NCBI GenBank assembly: GCA_963790475.1
Contig: CAWBOS010000011.1
Coordinates: forward strand, 96,001 to 160,000
Direction: 5' to 3'
DNA from: an uncultured delta proteobacterium
GTDB lineage: Bacteria > Desulfobacterota > RBG-13-43-22
DNA: 64,000 nucleotides
Each line of letters starts with the position of its first letter. Positions within the stretch are counted from its first letter, which is position 1. This document shows positions 50,579-62,117 of this stretch, in pieces. Made by a program: the position numbers and the translations under genes. The notes under the pieces were generated by a model. The model worked only from the letters and a program-made list of their open reading frames with translations. It was not told the origin of the DNA and searched no databases.

Positions 50579-52003
50579 AATGGCATTTTGAAAAATTGGA
50601 TACAAATGTCGACTTAGCCGAAGCCCATAACGTTGAAGTCCTCTTGACACTTGGCCAATCTCCTGCTTGGGCTTCGGCACGACCTTCAGAACCTTCTCCT
50701 TATAAGCCTGGAGCTGCAGCCGAACCGGCAAACATTGAAGATTGGAGAAATTACGTCCGATCAGTTGCTACACGCTATAAAGGGCGCATTCATTATTACG
50801 AAATTTGGAATGAACCTAATCTATCCGAATTCTATACTGGAACAGTAGACCAAATGGTCACACTGGCACGGGAAGCGTACGCAATTCTTAAGGAAGTAGA
50901 TCCCACAGTAAAAGTCGTCTCTCCTTCCGTCACCATGGCCGCGGGAATTCCGTGGCTGGGGCAATATTTCATTAAGGGGGGTGCTACCTATGCAGACATT
51001 ATTGGCTATCACTTTTACGTGTTTCCCGACCTACCCGAAGCAATGGTGCCGGTCATTAACAATGTTAGACAGACTATGACAAAATATGGTATTAGCAATA
51101 AACCTCTATGGGATACTGAGGCAGGTTGGAGCAGACCCAAGCTTTTTTCTTCGGATAGTGAGGCATCTGCGTACGTAGCCAGGTCATACATCCTTAACTG
51201 GGCTACCGGGGTAGATCGGTTATTTTGGTATGCATGGGATAACCATTGGTGGGTGACTTTGGAAATGACCCAGAGTGACAGTACAACTCTGAAGCCTGCT
51301 GCTATTGCCTACAGAGAGGTCCAGAAGTGGATCGTTGGTGCCAAGTTACTGTCATGTGACTTAGACAGCCAAGGAACCTGGCTTGCCCAGATAGCACGAG
51401 ACAACGGTTACAAAGGTTTCATCATCTGGAACCCAGATAAGACTATAAACTTTGCAATCCCAACAGAATACAACGTTAGACAGATGAAGGACTTGGCAGG
51501 TACTATAACCAATATCACGGGAGCGAGTCTATTGAGCGTAGGCATGGAACCCATTTTGCTGGAAAATGCTTCAACTAAGCCGCCCCGGAACGTACATTTG
51601 ATCTATTGACGGATCATAAAATTAATCTTATCATGTTAGCAACTCATAAATCAAGCGAAATGTTCTTATGAATTATAGGAGTTAGGTCTCTGCTATAGTA
51701 AAATGTGTTGCCACGCGCATCGTGCAGAGGAGACAGTTAGTATAGGGATTGGCTACAACACGCGTCTTGGTCTCTATGGCGACTATAGGGTTCGATATCA
51801 TCGTCCCGAAAACGCTGGTAGCGAGTAGGCTCATGAACCTATGGGTTAGAAGAAGAGAAAGTCCTATTGCGGGGGACCCGCATGATGGGTCGACGAGGTG
51901 GGGTCTGGAAACTAACACAGTTGAGATCGTGTGACATTCATATATAATAGCAAGAGGGTGAGACAACCGAGAATACAAACCTCAACCAAAACTGACGCGC
52001 TAA

Positions 52004-53986
52004 CCCATCTTCCGCAGTTTGGAGAAAAAATCAAGAAAAACGTGATGAATTTTCAGGAATTGTTAAATGATTTCAAGTCCTGATCTTTGAAAATTGGATG
52101 TAGTGAAGACCACCCCCTTGCCAGGTGCTGTGGGAACGGAGATAATGGGGTTATGTATCTCCGGCGTGCAACCAAAAAGAAAGGTGGAGCGGAGTACGAG
52201 AGCTGGCTTTTAGTTGAGTCGGTCCGTACTGCCCGAGGGCCCCGTCAGCGAGTAGTGGCGACGATAGGGAAACTTCCTGGCCTTGATCGGGAAGAGCGGA
52301 TAGGTTGGGAGGAGATCGGACGGATTCTTTCCGGAAAGCCTCTACCTGGACCTGAACTGTTTGAGCAGGGGGAAGACCCCCCATCTTGGGCCACGGTCAA
52401 TATCCATGGCGTAAGCGTCGAGCGACTCAGAGGCTTCGGCGATGTCTATTTGGGGTTGCTTTTGTGGAACAAACTGGGGCTTGCCAGGTTCTGCCGAGAT
52501 CATATTCCTTCCAACCGGGAAGAGATTCCTTGGTCGATCATGGCGTCTATTTTAGTTCTTGGACGCTTTTGCGCCCCATCGTCGGAATTACAGATGGCCG
52601 AGTTTTGGTATGGCCAGACGGCCTTAGACGATCTGCTGGGAGTGGCCGACTATAAGATCAATGAGGATCGGCTTTATCGTGCCCTGGATGCCTTGCTTCC
52701 CCACAAGGATGCCTTAAGCCGTCACCTTCAGGAGCGTTATGGGGAACTGTTCGGCAGTAGCTTTGATTTTTTGTTTTATGACATAACCTCCACCTATTTT
52801 GAGGGGACCGCCAAGGGCAATGCCCAGGCCAAGAGGGGTTACAGCCGGGACAGTCGTCCAGATTGTCCCCAGGTCTGCATCGGCCTGGTGGCCACCCGAG
52901 AGGGCTTTCCCATAGCCTTTGAGGTTTTTGACGGCAATCGACCGGATGTCACGACGACCCAAGAGATGGTTCAGATGATGGAGGCCAAATACGGCCAAGC
53001 CAACCGGATCTGGGTTATGGATCGCGGCATGGTGAGTGAGGAGAATCTGGAGTTTATGCGCAAAGTCGGTGCCCGCTATTTGGTCGGCACCCCAAAAGTG
53101 ATGCTGAAGAAGTTTGAGCAGCAGCTTTTCGAACAGAACTGGGAAGCGGTCCAACCTGGTGTTGAGGTCAAGCTCTGTTGCTCGCCGGAAGGAACGGATG
53201 AAATCTTTGTCCTGTGCCGGTCTCAAGGCCGGAAGGAGAAAGAAAACGCCATTCTAAACCACTTTTTGACCCGACTGGAAAGCCAACTGGATCACCTGGC
53301 CCGCCAGGCCGAAACCGGCAAGCTCCGAGACAAGCAGAAAGTCGAGCGGAGAATAGGGCGACTGCTGGAACAAAATAAACGTGCGGCCTCGTTGTTCAAT
53401 ATTACAGTCATAGAGACCGGTACCGGAAAAGACGCACCGCTTTCCCTAGAAGTCAAGAAGAACGAACAACGGCAACAGTGGGCCTTGGAGACCGGCGGTA
53501 GCTACATCCTGCGCACCAACTGGACCGAAAGTGACCCGAAAGTCCTATGGAATACCTACATCCAACTGACGGAAGTGGAAGATTCATTCCGTACCGAGAA
53601 ACATGATCTGGGAATGCGACCGATCTTCCATCAAAAACAGGAACGGACCCAGGCTCATATCCTGGTCTGCTTCTTGGCGCTGACTATGTGGCGAACGCTC
53701 CAGCAATGGATGAAAGCCTCGGGACTCGGTACCGCCCCAAGAAAGCTGTTGGAGGAGTTGCGGGAATTGAAATCTTTGGATGTGCTACTACCGGCGCGGG
53801 AGAGAACCCTCCGGCTCAGAATGGTGGCTACTCCCTCAAAGGAACTCAAAGTGCTGCTTCAGAGATTGAAAATTCTGCTCCCCAACAAACCAAAAATTAT
53901 TGAAAATGTAGTGAAGAAAATGCCCTAATTCTTGTCGTAACTATTTGATATCGCGTCTTCCATGCTTTCTAACTGCGGAAGATGGG
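52004..53986 (+). mobile_element. IS1634-family element
   Basis: Perfect 16-bp TIR CCCATCTTCCGCAGTT; no clear TSD. Confidence 0.88.
52153..53928 (+). CDS. IS1634-family DDE transposase
   Basis: YDITSTYFEG, GYSRDSRPD, VMDRGM, VEDSFR..K..L.MRPIFH. Confidence 0.92.
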   Translation: MYLRRATKKKGGAEYESWLLVESVRTARGPRQRVVATIGKLPGLDREERIGWEEIGRILSGKPLPGPELFEQGEDPPSWATVNIHGVSVERLRGFGDVYLGLLLWNKLGLARFCRDHIPSNREEIPWSIMASILVLGRFCAPSSELQMAEFWYGQTALDDLLGVADYKINEDRLYRALDALLPHKDALSRHLQERYGELFGSSFDFLFYDITSTYFEGTAKGNAQAKRGYSRDSRPDCPQVCIGLVATREGFPIAFEVFDGNRPDVTTTQEMVQMMEAKYGQANRIWVMDRGMVSEENLEFMRKVGARYLVGTPKVMLKKFEQQLFEQNWEAVQPGVEVKLCCSPEGTDEIFVLCRSQGRKEKENAILNHFLTRLESQLDHLARQAETGKLRDKQKVERRIGRLLEQNKRAASLFNITVIETGTGKDAPLSLEVKKNEQRQQWALETGGSYILRTNWTESDPKVLWNTYIQLTEVEDSFRTEKHDLGMRPIFHQKQERTQAHILVCFLALTMWRTLQQWMKASGLGTAPRKLLEELRELKSLDVLLPARERTLRLRMVATPSKELKVLLQRLKILLPNKPKIIENVVKKMP

Positions 53987-54122
53987 CTACTCTTTGCCCC
54001 TATTGAAAATGGGCAGTGGAAGCCCCCGACCACCATAGTTCTTGGTAGATGCGGTGTTCCGAAGGATTCAAAAACGGCCCAACTTTCCAGTCTAATCCGA
54101 ATTTACATACGCGTAGCAAATC

Positions 54123-54905
54123 TCATTTTCTTTTCAGTTTAAGGCGGTCGAAGATAACCTGCTTGCCAAGGTGATATAAAAATCTTGGATTGTTATAGAG
54201 GTATCTTTTCCACAGTCTCCGTTGTTCCACACACAATCTGAATACCCACTCCAAGCCGCGATTCTGCATCCATTGTGGTGCTTGTTTTACACGGCCAGCG
54301 TGGAAATCGAATGCCGCCCCGACCCCCACCATGACAGGTGTACTAATACGGCTGACGTGGCTTGCCATCCAGTACTCTTGTTTCGGCGCCCCGAGGCCGA
54401 CCCAAAGAATGTTTGCTCCGCTTGCGTTTATTGTTTTCACCACCTGCTCGTCCTCAATGTCTGTCAGGGACCTAAACGGAGGCGAGTACCAACCAGCGAT
54501 TCTAATGCCAGGGAAACGACTAGACAGGTTTTCCGCGAGCCGTTCCGGTACACCCTGCCCGCCGCCGTAGAAAAAGTGAGAGTAGCCTTTCTCAACACTC
54601 CTTTCGCAAACGGTCAAAAGCAAATCGGGACCATAGACTCTCTCCCGTTGGTCAAAGCCAAGCAGTCTCGCAGCCCATACTAATGGCATTCCATCCGGCA
54701 CCGCCAAGGTGGCATTATTGTTGATTTGCTGAAACTTTTTATCATCCACTCCTGTCATAACAGTATGCACGTTACACACACAAAGATAATGCTTGCCCCC
54801 GGAGACGATCAGGCTTTCAATAGATTGCGCCGTTTGTTCGAGTGTAAGAAGGTTAATCTTCATATTTAGTATAGATACACTAATCGGTATGATAGGAGTC
54901 TTCAA
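54123..54905 (-). CDS. WecB/TagA/CpsF glycosyltransferase
   Basis: PDGMPLVW, RVYGPDL, WVGLGAPKQE, GAAFDF, LEWVFRL. Confidence 0.92.
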   Translation of the reverse strand: MKTPIIPISVSILNMKINLLTLEQTAQSIESLIVSGGKHYLCVCNVHTVMTGVDDKKFQQINNNATLAVPDGMPLVWAARLLGFDQRERVYGPDLLLTVCERSVEKGYSHFFYGGGQGVPERLAENLSSRFPGIRIAGWYSPPFRSLTDIEDEQVVKTINASGANILWVGLGAPKQEYWMASHVSRISTPVMVGVGAAFDFHAGRVKQAPQWMQNRGLEWVFRLCVEQRRLWKRYLYNNPRFLYHLGKQVIFDRLKLKRK

Positions 54906-55083
54906 GATACATCCTTTTTAGAGTGTCGTTCTAGTGCCAACCGGGATAAGGCTAAAGAACCCACACGAAACACATCCCCTTACTCATTTCTCGCCGCCAT
55001 CAGTTAAAGCTGAGTCTATTTACATAAGATGTTTGAAACTCATCACAGAAACAGTCAAGATAAAAACTCGTGAGTTTATCAAT

Positions 55084-56058
55084 TCAACCTCTCAAGCCAG
55101 TCATTTTGGGTTGATTCGATTCTGTGCTCCTTTTAAAAGTCCGTCCTATTCGTTGAAAGGTCATCTTAGGTGAACAGAGGCTGGAATAAATTAAACGGGT
55201 AATACCTCTGGCCAGCTTGGCATTAAGAATGTCGATAAGAGCCATTCGGTATTGGATACTGGCGTAAACTTCCATGGCCTCAGCCAACCGAATCAACCAA
55301 GGCCGTTTCTGATACACAGCGTGAAACTCATCAAAAGTTATTTCTGACTCATGAAGCTGTCTTCTCACAGCACACCCAGTTGCGTAAGCGTATTGCTCTT
55401 TGACTTCACCTAATTTTCTGGAGTTAATGCTATTCGAATGCAGCCGATAGCAATGAAGCACATCTCTTAAATTGTGAAGTTCCGCCACCTCGCCCACGCG
55501 TAGAAAAAAATCTAGGTCCTCTCCTACACCATCCGTTCGGTAGCCTCCGACTTTTTTTGCCAAAACTGTCCGAAACATTATACTGGGATGACAAATTCCG
55601 TGCCTACCACTGAGAAGATTTGAATAAATCCGTCCATGATTTAGAGCAAGCGGCGGTGAAAATCCACTTCTTCCTGACCCCGTGAAATACTTTATCTGCG
55701 TGCCCACCAACCCTACATGTGGATGTTCCAATAAGAAGCCTAATTGTGTTTCCAACATGGTCGATAGTGCTATGTCATCTGCATCCATTCGCGCTATAAA
55801 TTCCGTGCTACAAAGCTCCAAGCCGACGTTTAATACAGCACCAAGACCTCGTTTCGGCTGTGTCACAACTTGAACTCGTTTATCGGTCAAATTGCTAAGG
55901 TAAATGGCGGATCCATCCGTCGAGCCATCGTTAATTATCAAGAAAAGAAAATCCTGTAACGTCTGTGATAAAATAGAGTCAACTGCTTCAATCAAATAGG
56001 GCATGCCATTATAAACGGGCATAAGCACAGTTACTATTGGGCGCAATCTCTTGACCAA
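55084..56058 (-). CDS. GT2 glycosyltransferase
   Basis: VLMPVYN, INDGSTD, ARMDADD, EDLDF. Confidence 0.9.
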   Translation of the reverse strand: MVKRLRPIVTVLMPVYNGMPYLIEAVDSILSQTLQDFLFLIINDGSTDGSAIYLSNLTDKRVQVVTQPKRGLGAVLNVGLELCSTEFIARMDADDIALSTMLETQLGFLLEHPHVGLVGTQIKYFTGSGRSGFSPPLALNHGRIYSNLLSGRHGICHPSIMFRTVLAKKVGGYRTDGVGEDLDFFLRVGEVAELHNLRDVLHCYRLHSNSINSRKLGEVKEQYAYATGCAVRRQLHESEITFDEFHAVYQKRPWLIRLAEAMEVYASIQYRMALIDILNAKLARGITRLIYSSLCSPKMTFQRIGRTFKRSTESNQPKMTGLRG

Positions 56059-56201
56059 TTAGCCCTTCAACGATGCATAGTCCTTAATGGCCAATTTCTT
56101 TTTCCGATGTGAAAGATAGGCTTTGTGATTTCTCATTTGGATCCAGTGTACGAGTTCCAAGGTGGTCTGGATGGTAAATTTCCGCAAAGTCAACACATAT
56201 T

Positions 56202-57624
56202 GAGAGCTTTGAATTTATAGTTTATGATAGTCCTATTTCAATAAGTGCAATTTTAAAAAATTTGATTTAAATTTTTGACTCAACGGCCACTAAATGGGCT
56301 AATAACAATAGTCAAGAGGGTTATTTTAGGACTCTGAGAGCCCCCGGAGACCCTCTTGGGTCGCCCTGGTCCTGCCTTGGGCGAACCCTCTCCCCCGATT
56401 TAGGTAGCCAGTATGATCTTTGAACCTCGAAAAAGATTAAAGGCCATCTGCCGGAACATCGCGTCCATTGCATTCTTGAACAGGGTGGTAAACCGAGCCC
56501 GGTAAGCTCTTTGATGTAAATGGCTTAAACCAAAGTACTGCTCAACGATATAGCGTTTTTGAGATATCTTCTTATTTCGTTCTTTCTCATATGCGGTTAA
56601 TTTGGCCGTGATCGTATCTTTCCGCATAATCCCGTCTTTGATCTGATTCAGACTGAGAAAGCTGCGGTTCGGTCCTCCGAAGTAACCCTTATCCGCATAA
56701 ATGATTTTAATCGGCTGATCCGTATGGCAACTGGCTTCGGCACAAAGAGGCAGATAGGGAGAATCGTGATGGGATGCCGGCGTAAGCTCCGTGGCCAAGA
56801 CAAACCCATTATCAACATCCACTGAGGCATGTTCTTTAAGACCATAATGGGGAATATCATTCTTAACCATCCAATCGGATTCTATATCTCGGAAGAATTT
56901 AAGCGGCTTCCCATTTTTATCCCGTTGACCCTCGGCAGTCTCTTTCTTTTCCTTTTGTTCCTTCAGTTCTTCAGCGCTAAGAGGATGGCTGGCCGATTGG
57001 ATCAACCGGGCATCTATGGCGATCCCTTCATTGATGGTTAATCCCTGCCGGGAAAACTGTTGCAACACTTCATTGTTAACCCAGGTCATCGCTTCTTTCG
57101 ACAGCCGACTCCGAAATCGGGAAAACGTAGAATGATCGGGAGAGGAATGATCAAAGGGTAAGCCTAAAACTTCTTAAAGGATAGACGATCGTTGATCTGG
57201 TTCTCTAATTCAGGATCTGACGGAATGTGAAACCATTTCTGCAGTAATAAAGCTTTCAAAAGCATTAATGGCGGGTAGGCATCGGCCCCTTCTTCCTGCC
57301 TTCCAACCACGTAATAGTCCATCAGCCGTTCTTCTACTTTAGTCCAGTCGATTACTCTGTTGATCCATTCCATGGTTTTCAGGCTTCGGTTTTTCTCCAT
57401 CGACCTGCTCAACCCGATATCCCCAAAGCTGACATTCTGATTCCACTTTTTATAGCCCATTTCTCCCCCTTGTAATGCCTTCGGTGGAGAAATCTTATTC
57501 TTTTTATGCATCTTTGTAAAGTTATTTCAGTTAGTTATTTTATATCTTGACTGTTTTTTGCTTCCTATTAAAGCTTTTTCAAATCCTCTTTTCACTCACT
57601 TTGGCATGGTTGTGCAAAGGTCTC
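56202..57624 (-). mobile_element. IS5-family element copy A, TSD ATATT
   Basis: Ends GAGAGCTTTG / CAAAGGTCTC; ATATT on both sides. Confidence 0.9.
56400..57511 (-). pseudogene. IS5 transposase with a 1-nt frameshift near 57165
   Basis: GCCTAAAAC versus GCTTAAAAAC in the intact copy B. Confidence 0.85.
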
Positions 57625-57631
57625 ATATTGT

Positions 57632-59071
57632 GAGAGCTTTGAATTTATAGGTTATGAGAGTCTTATTTCAAAAAGGGCCATTTTAAAAAAATTCTAATTT
57701 AAATTTTCAACTCAACGGCCACTAAATGGGCCAATAACAATAACCACGAGGTTGTTTTAGGACTCTGAGAACTCCCGGAGCCCCTCTTGGGTCGCCCTGA
57801 CCCTGCCTTGGGCGAACCCTCTCCCCCGATTTAGGTAGCCAGTATGATCTTTGAACCCCGAAAGAGATTAAAGGCCATTTGCCTAAACATGGCATCCATT
57901 ACATTTTTAAAGATCGTTGTAAATCGAGCTCGTTTCGCTCCCGTATGTAAATGGCTCAAACCAAAATACTGCTCAACGATGTATCGCTTTTGGGATATCT
58001 TCTTGTTTCGGTCTATCTCATATTCGGTCAGCTTGGCCGTGGTCGTATCCTTCCGCATAATCCCATCTTTGATGTGATTCAGGCTAAGAAAGCTGCGATT
58101 GGGTTCCCCGAAGTAACCCTTATCAGCATAAATTATTTTAATCGGTTCTTCCGTATGATCACGCCTCGGCGTGACTGCACAAAGAGGCAGATAGGGGGAA
58201 TCGTGATGGGAGGCCGGGGTTAGTTCCGTAGCCAAAACCAGTCCGTTATTGATATCTACTGAAGCATGTTCTTTTAGCCCATAATGGGGAATATCATTCT
58301 TAACGGTCCAATCGGATTCTATATCTCTCCCAAATTTAAGCGGCTTCCCATTCTTATCCACTTGACCTTCAGGGGAGATTCTTTTTTCTTTTTGCTTTTC
58401 CAGTTCATCATTGCTTAAAGGATGACTGGCCGATTGGATCAACCGAGCATCTATGGCGATCCCTTCATTGATAGTTAATCCCTGCCGGGAAAACTGTTGT
58501 AACACTTCATTGTTTATCCAGGTCATCGCTTCTTTCGACAGCCGACTCCGAAACCGGGAAAATGTGGAATGATCGGGAGAGATATGATCAAAGGGTAAGC
58601 TTAAAAACTTCTTAAAGGACAGACGATCGTTAATCTGGTTCTCCAATTCAGGATCAGAGGGAATATGAAACCATTTCTGCAGCAGTAAGGCCTTCAAAAG
58701 CATCAAGGGCGGGTAGGCATCGGCCCCTTCCTCCTGCCTTCCAACCTCGTAATAGTCCATCAACCGTTCTTCCACTTTAGTCCAGTCAATCACTCGGTTG
58801 ATACGATCCATGGTTTTCAGGCTTCGGTTTTTCTCCATCGATCTGCTTAACCCGATATCTACGAAACTGACATTCTGATTCCACTTTTTATAACCCATTT
58901 CTCCCCCTGGTATTGATTTCAGTGGAGAAATTATATTCTTTTTATGCTTCTTTGTCAAGTTATTCCAATTAGTTAATTAATTCTTTTAATTGTTTTTCTG
59001 CTTCCTTTTAATCTTTTTCCGGCTTCTCTATCTTCTTTCCACAAACTTTGGCACGGTTATGCAAAGGTCTC
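57632..59071 (-). mobile_element. IS5-family element copy B, TSD ATTGT
   Basis: Same ends; ATTGT at 57627-57631 and 59072-59076. Confidence 0.9.
57831..58958 (-). CDS. IS5-family transposase
   Basis: LLQKWF..SD, PDHSTFSRFR, AIDARL, YADKGY, RYIVEQYFG. Confidence 0.9.
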   Translation of the reverse strand: MTKKHKKNIISPLKSIPGGEMGYKKWNQNVSFVDIGLSRSMEKNRSLKTMDRINRVIDWTKVEERLMDYYEVGRQEEGADAYPPLMLLKALLLQKWFHIPSDPELENQINDRLSFKKFLSLPFDHISPDHSTFSRFRSRLSKEAMTWINNEVLQQFSRQGLTINEGIAIDARLIQSASHPLSNDELEKQKEKRISPEGQVDKNGKPLKFGRDIESDWTVKNDIPHYGLKEHASVDINNGLVLATELTPASHHDSPYLPLCAVTPRRDHTEEPIKIIYADKGYFGEPNRSFLSLNHIKDGIMRKDTTTAKLTEYEIDRNKKISQKRYIVEQYFGLSHLHTGAKRARFTTIFKNVMDAMFRQMAFNLFRGSKIILAT

Positions 59072-59239
59072 ATTGTATCAGAGCCCTAAGCTGCGAAAGC
59101 TTAATAGACGGCGCTTTTTCCCCCAACCAGGGTGTGTGATAAGGTTGGCTCGGCGTCAGTCGGTGTTATCTTAATGATTCCTGACCGCCCAGTGGTCACC
59201 GGATGTCCCCTAAGGAACTATTTACCTTCTCGTCTGCCT

Positions 59240-60501
59240 TGAAATGGTAAAGTAATTGTGGACACCAAGAAAAGCGTGATAAAATAAAAGAGCTTTTGGA
59301 GGTGACCCATGATCAAAGAGAAAAAGAAGTATACCCCCGAGTTTAAGATGGATGCCGTACGTTTGGTAACCGAGCAGGGGTACAAAACGACAGAAGCCGC
59401 CCGGAATTTAGGAATCCATCCCGGTGTATTGAACCGCTGGAAACAACAATTGGCCTCTGATGGGAAGAATGCCTTCCCCGGCAAGGGGCATCTGATCCCG
59501 GAAAAGGAAGAACTGCAGCGACTCCGGAAGGAAAACCAGCGGCTGAGAATGGAGCGTGACATCTTAAAAAAGGCCACGGCCTTCTTTGCCAAAGAGTCGA
59601 GGTAAGATACGACTTTGTCCGGCAGCAACAGAAGGCCTATCCCGTAACCGTTTTGTGCCGGGTTATGGAAGTCAGCCGGAGTGGATATTATAAGTTTTTG
59701 AAAAAAAGCCATAAGCAAGTTGATAAGGATTTTAAATTGTTATCCCTGGTTCGCCATATCCATCAAAAATATCGAGGGACCTATGGTTCCCGCCGAATGT
59801 CCAAAGAGCTTCGAGCCAGGGGATACGATGTGGGGCGTTCCCGGGCCGGGAGTCTAATGAAGAAAGCCGGTTTGGAAGTGAACCGTCCCAAGAAATTCAA
59901 AAGAACGACCGATAGTCGTCATCATCTGCCAGTGGCCCCCAATTTGGTGAACCAGCAGTTCCAGGTCGATCAACCGGATTCTATCTGGTGTGGCGACATC
60001 ACCTATCTCTGGACCCTGGAGGGATGGTTGTATCTGGCTGTCATTATTGACCTGTATTCACGCAAAGTAGTCGGTTGGGCCTTGGATAGTCATTTGAAGA
60101 CGACCTTGGTTCTGGAGGCCCTCCGCATGGCTTATTGGCGTCGAAAACCGGCCAAAGGGTTAATCCATCATTCCGATCGGGGCAGCCAATATGCTGCCTA
60201 TGAATACCAACAACAATTAAAAACCTTCGGCATGATCCCCAGTATGAGCCGAAAAGGGGACTGTTATGATAATGCCGTGGTAGAAAGTTTTTTTCACACC
60301 TTAAAAAATGAACAGTTGGGGGATCAGGTCTATCCAACCCGTGAAGAAGCCCGTCGGGAAGTTATCGACTATATCGAGATGTTTTACAACAGCTACCGGC
60401 TCCATTCGTCCCTGGGTTACCTGGCCCCTAATGATTTTGAACTGACCTTTGTTTCGAAAAAAATTGCTTAACCCAGTGTCCATTTTTACTTGACCAGATC
60501 A
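59240..60501 (+). mobile_element. IS3-family element, 1262 bp, TSD CCT
   Basis: TG...CA ends; CCT at 59237-59239 and 60502-60504; diverged isoform of 49317-50578. Confidence 0.92.
59309..60471 (+). CDS. IS3 transposase OrfA (59309-59605) / OrfB (59653-60471)
   Basis: DDE motifs; AAAAAAG at 59566-59572. Confidence 0.92.
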
Positions 60502-61581
60502 CCTTACAACTTGAAGCGGATTGATGCCCATACTCTCTACACATGATTTACAGGGCAAAAACAGATCACCTTCCAAATGTCTTCTCCTTAAATCCTTGTA
60601 ATACTCATTATTCCAAGGGTCGTCATCGTAAACCTTTCCATTGTCGTGCATATTAAGCACCTGCATGGGGCAGCCTCCAACGTTTCCATCCCCATCAACC
60701 TGCAATATGCTAAACGGCCATCTGCAGACGACTCTTTCTTTATCAGCACCTTTCAGGAGATAAGGCCACGTTACATCGCAACGATATTTCCTCGACATAA
60801 GTCCCTTGAATGTGTCAAGTACCCCAGCATCATCGAGACAAACGCATCGCTCTTCTGGGAAAAAACCAGGGTAGGGTGCCGGCTGGATATGGAGGAACAC
60901 AACTTCATCAACCCCCAAGTCCTCTGCAAAAGCAATCATATCTGCCATGTACCAGAAGTTGCACTTGTCCACGATAAATGAGACTTCAATCCGAATGGCA
61001 GTTTTGTTTCGACGTTTACCATGAACCAAAGCCTCAATATTACTTACTATTTTCGAATGAGACTCTTTTGCATTCCCAGTCATACGGTGGAATTCTTGAG
61101 ACGTATGTCCATTGAGGCTTACAGATATCCTGTCAAGTCCGCTGCCCACAATATCCTTGACAAAATTATCCAGGATAAGTCCATTGGAAATCGTATTCAC
61201 CACCATTCGCCGTTTGGTGGCTTCACTTATCATGTCAAATAGGCAAGCATTGAGGAGAGGTTCCCCGGTACCGATCAAGCTCAGTCTTACGGTCCGGGGA
61301 TAACGATCCAAAACAAAACGCAATAGTTCAACAGACGCGTCTTGGCTTGGGCGGTGACGATGCAAATAATTCTCTGGAATCTTGCCGGAATGAGTCGGAC
61401 ACATATCGCAGCGCAAATTGCAGCTGTCAGTCGCAAAAATTGATATGTGAGTGGGCATCCAAGATACCAGCTCGGTTCGAGGAGAAAAACGACTGTGCGC
61501 TAGATTCGCGAGCTGGCCGAGGCCCACCCTTCCTGCAAGCACTCTCAAAGTATAATCCAAGTATCTGCTTCGTATTCCCAT
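60499..61581 (-). CDS. Radical SAM/SPASM(twitch) protein; last four codons cut off by IS3
   Basis: CNLRCDMC, GTGEPLL, CRWPF...DGNVGGC...CKSC; native tail QTRR-stop lies at 59222-59236. Confidence 0.88.
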   Translation of the reverse strand: MGIRSRYLDYTLRVLAGRVGLGQLANLAHSRFSPRTELVSWMPTHISIFATDSCNLRCDMCPTHSGKIPENYLHRHRPSQDASVELLRFVLDRYPRTVRLSLIGTGEPLLNACLFDMISEATKRRMVVNTISNGLILDNFVKDIVGSGLDRISVSLNGHTSQEFHRMTGNAKESHSKIVSNIEALVHGKRRNKTAIRIEVSFIVDKCNFWYMADMIAFAEDLGVDEVVFLHIQPAPYPGFFPEERCVCLDDAGVLDTFKGLMSRKYRCDVTWPYLLKGADKERVVCRWPFSILQVDGDGNVGGCPMQVLNMHDNGKVYDDDPWNNEYYKDLRRRHLEGDLFLPCKSCVESMGINPLQVVR

Positions 61582-62117
61582 TGTTACCTTCCTTTATGCA
61601 AGCCACTTGCAATCATTACATTGGCCCTGTGATCTTGGCTATCTGTCTTCACCTTGAGAATTACCACGCCCTGAAAATCCTATATTCCACCATTTTGATC
61701 GTGAACCAACAGCTTTGTGGCAATACCTCGGGTTATTCCCGCGTGCCCTGAGATGGCGGAATAAGTTTTCCAGAAGACTTGGACGGGGCTCTCATCTTAA
61801 CCATTTAGTCATACTCGGGCTCATCGCACAGGGCTTGCTTCAGATTCTCTCGGTCACGGTTACGGAGTTGATCTGCCGCTCGTTCGGCTCCTGGATTCGC
61901 ACCATCAGACTCGGTCTCGCCCCCTCCGAACAGGTCGCGGTCATCGCCCTGCGACATAGCCTTCCGCCTTTTCATGCGGATGATGAAAATGCCTCGATCT
62001 TTACGAAATTCCTGCGGGCGAGGATCGATGACACTCGATTCGAGGGAATCCGACTGATCACGTAACAACCTTCTCCGCAGAAAGCGGTACTCTCAAGATG
62101 CTAACATTTCTCCTGGA

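Larger units (their letters stand above)
49037..51609 (+). pseudogene. Secreted clan GH-A glycoside hydrolase (GH39/GH5-like) interrupted by IS3
   Basis: Removing the IS restores ...ESNKGE|WHFEKLDTNVD...; YYEIWNEPN, GYHFY, LWDTEAG. Confidence 0.85.

Noticed and set aside
51682-51978. Small ORFs between the hydrolase and IS1634
   Set aside because: No RBS or motif support; may be remnant DNA left by an IS-adjacent deletion.
49317-60501. Composite transposon bounded by the two IS3 copies
   Set aside because: Each copy has its own TSD (AAT, CCT) and they are diverged isoforms, so they are independent insertions.
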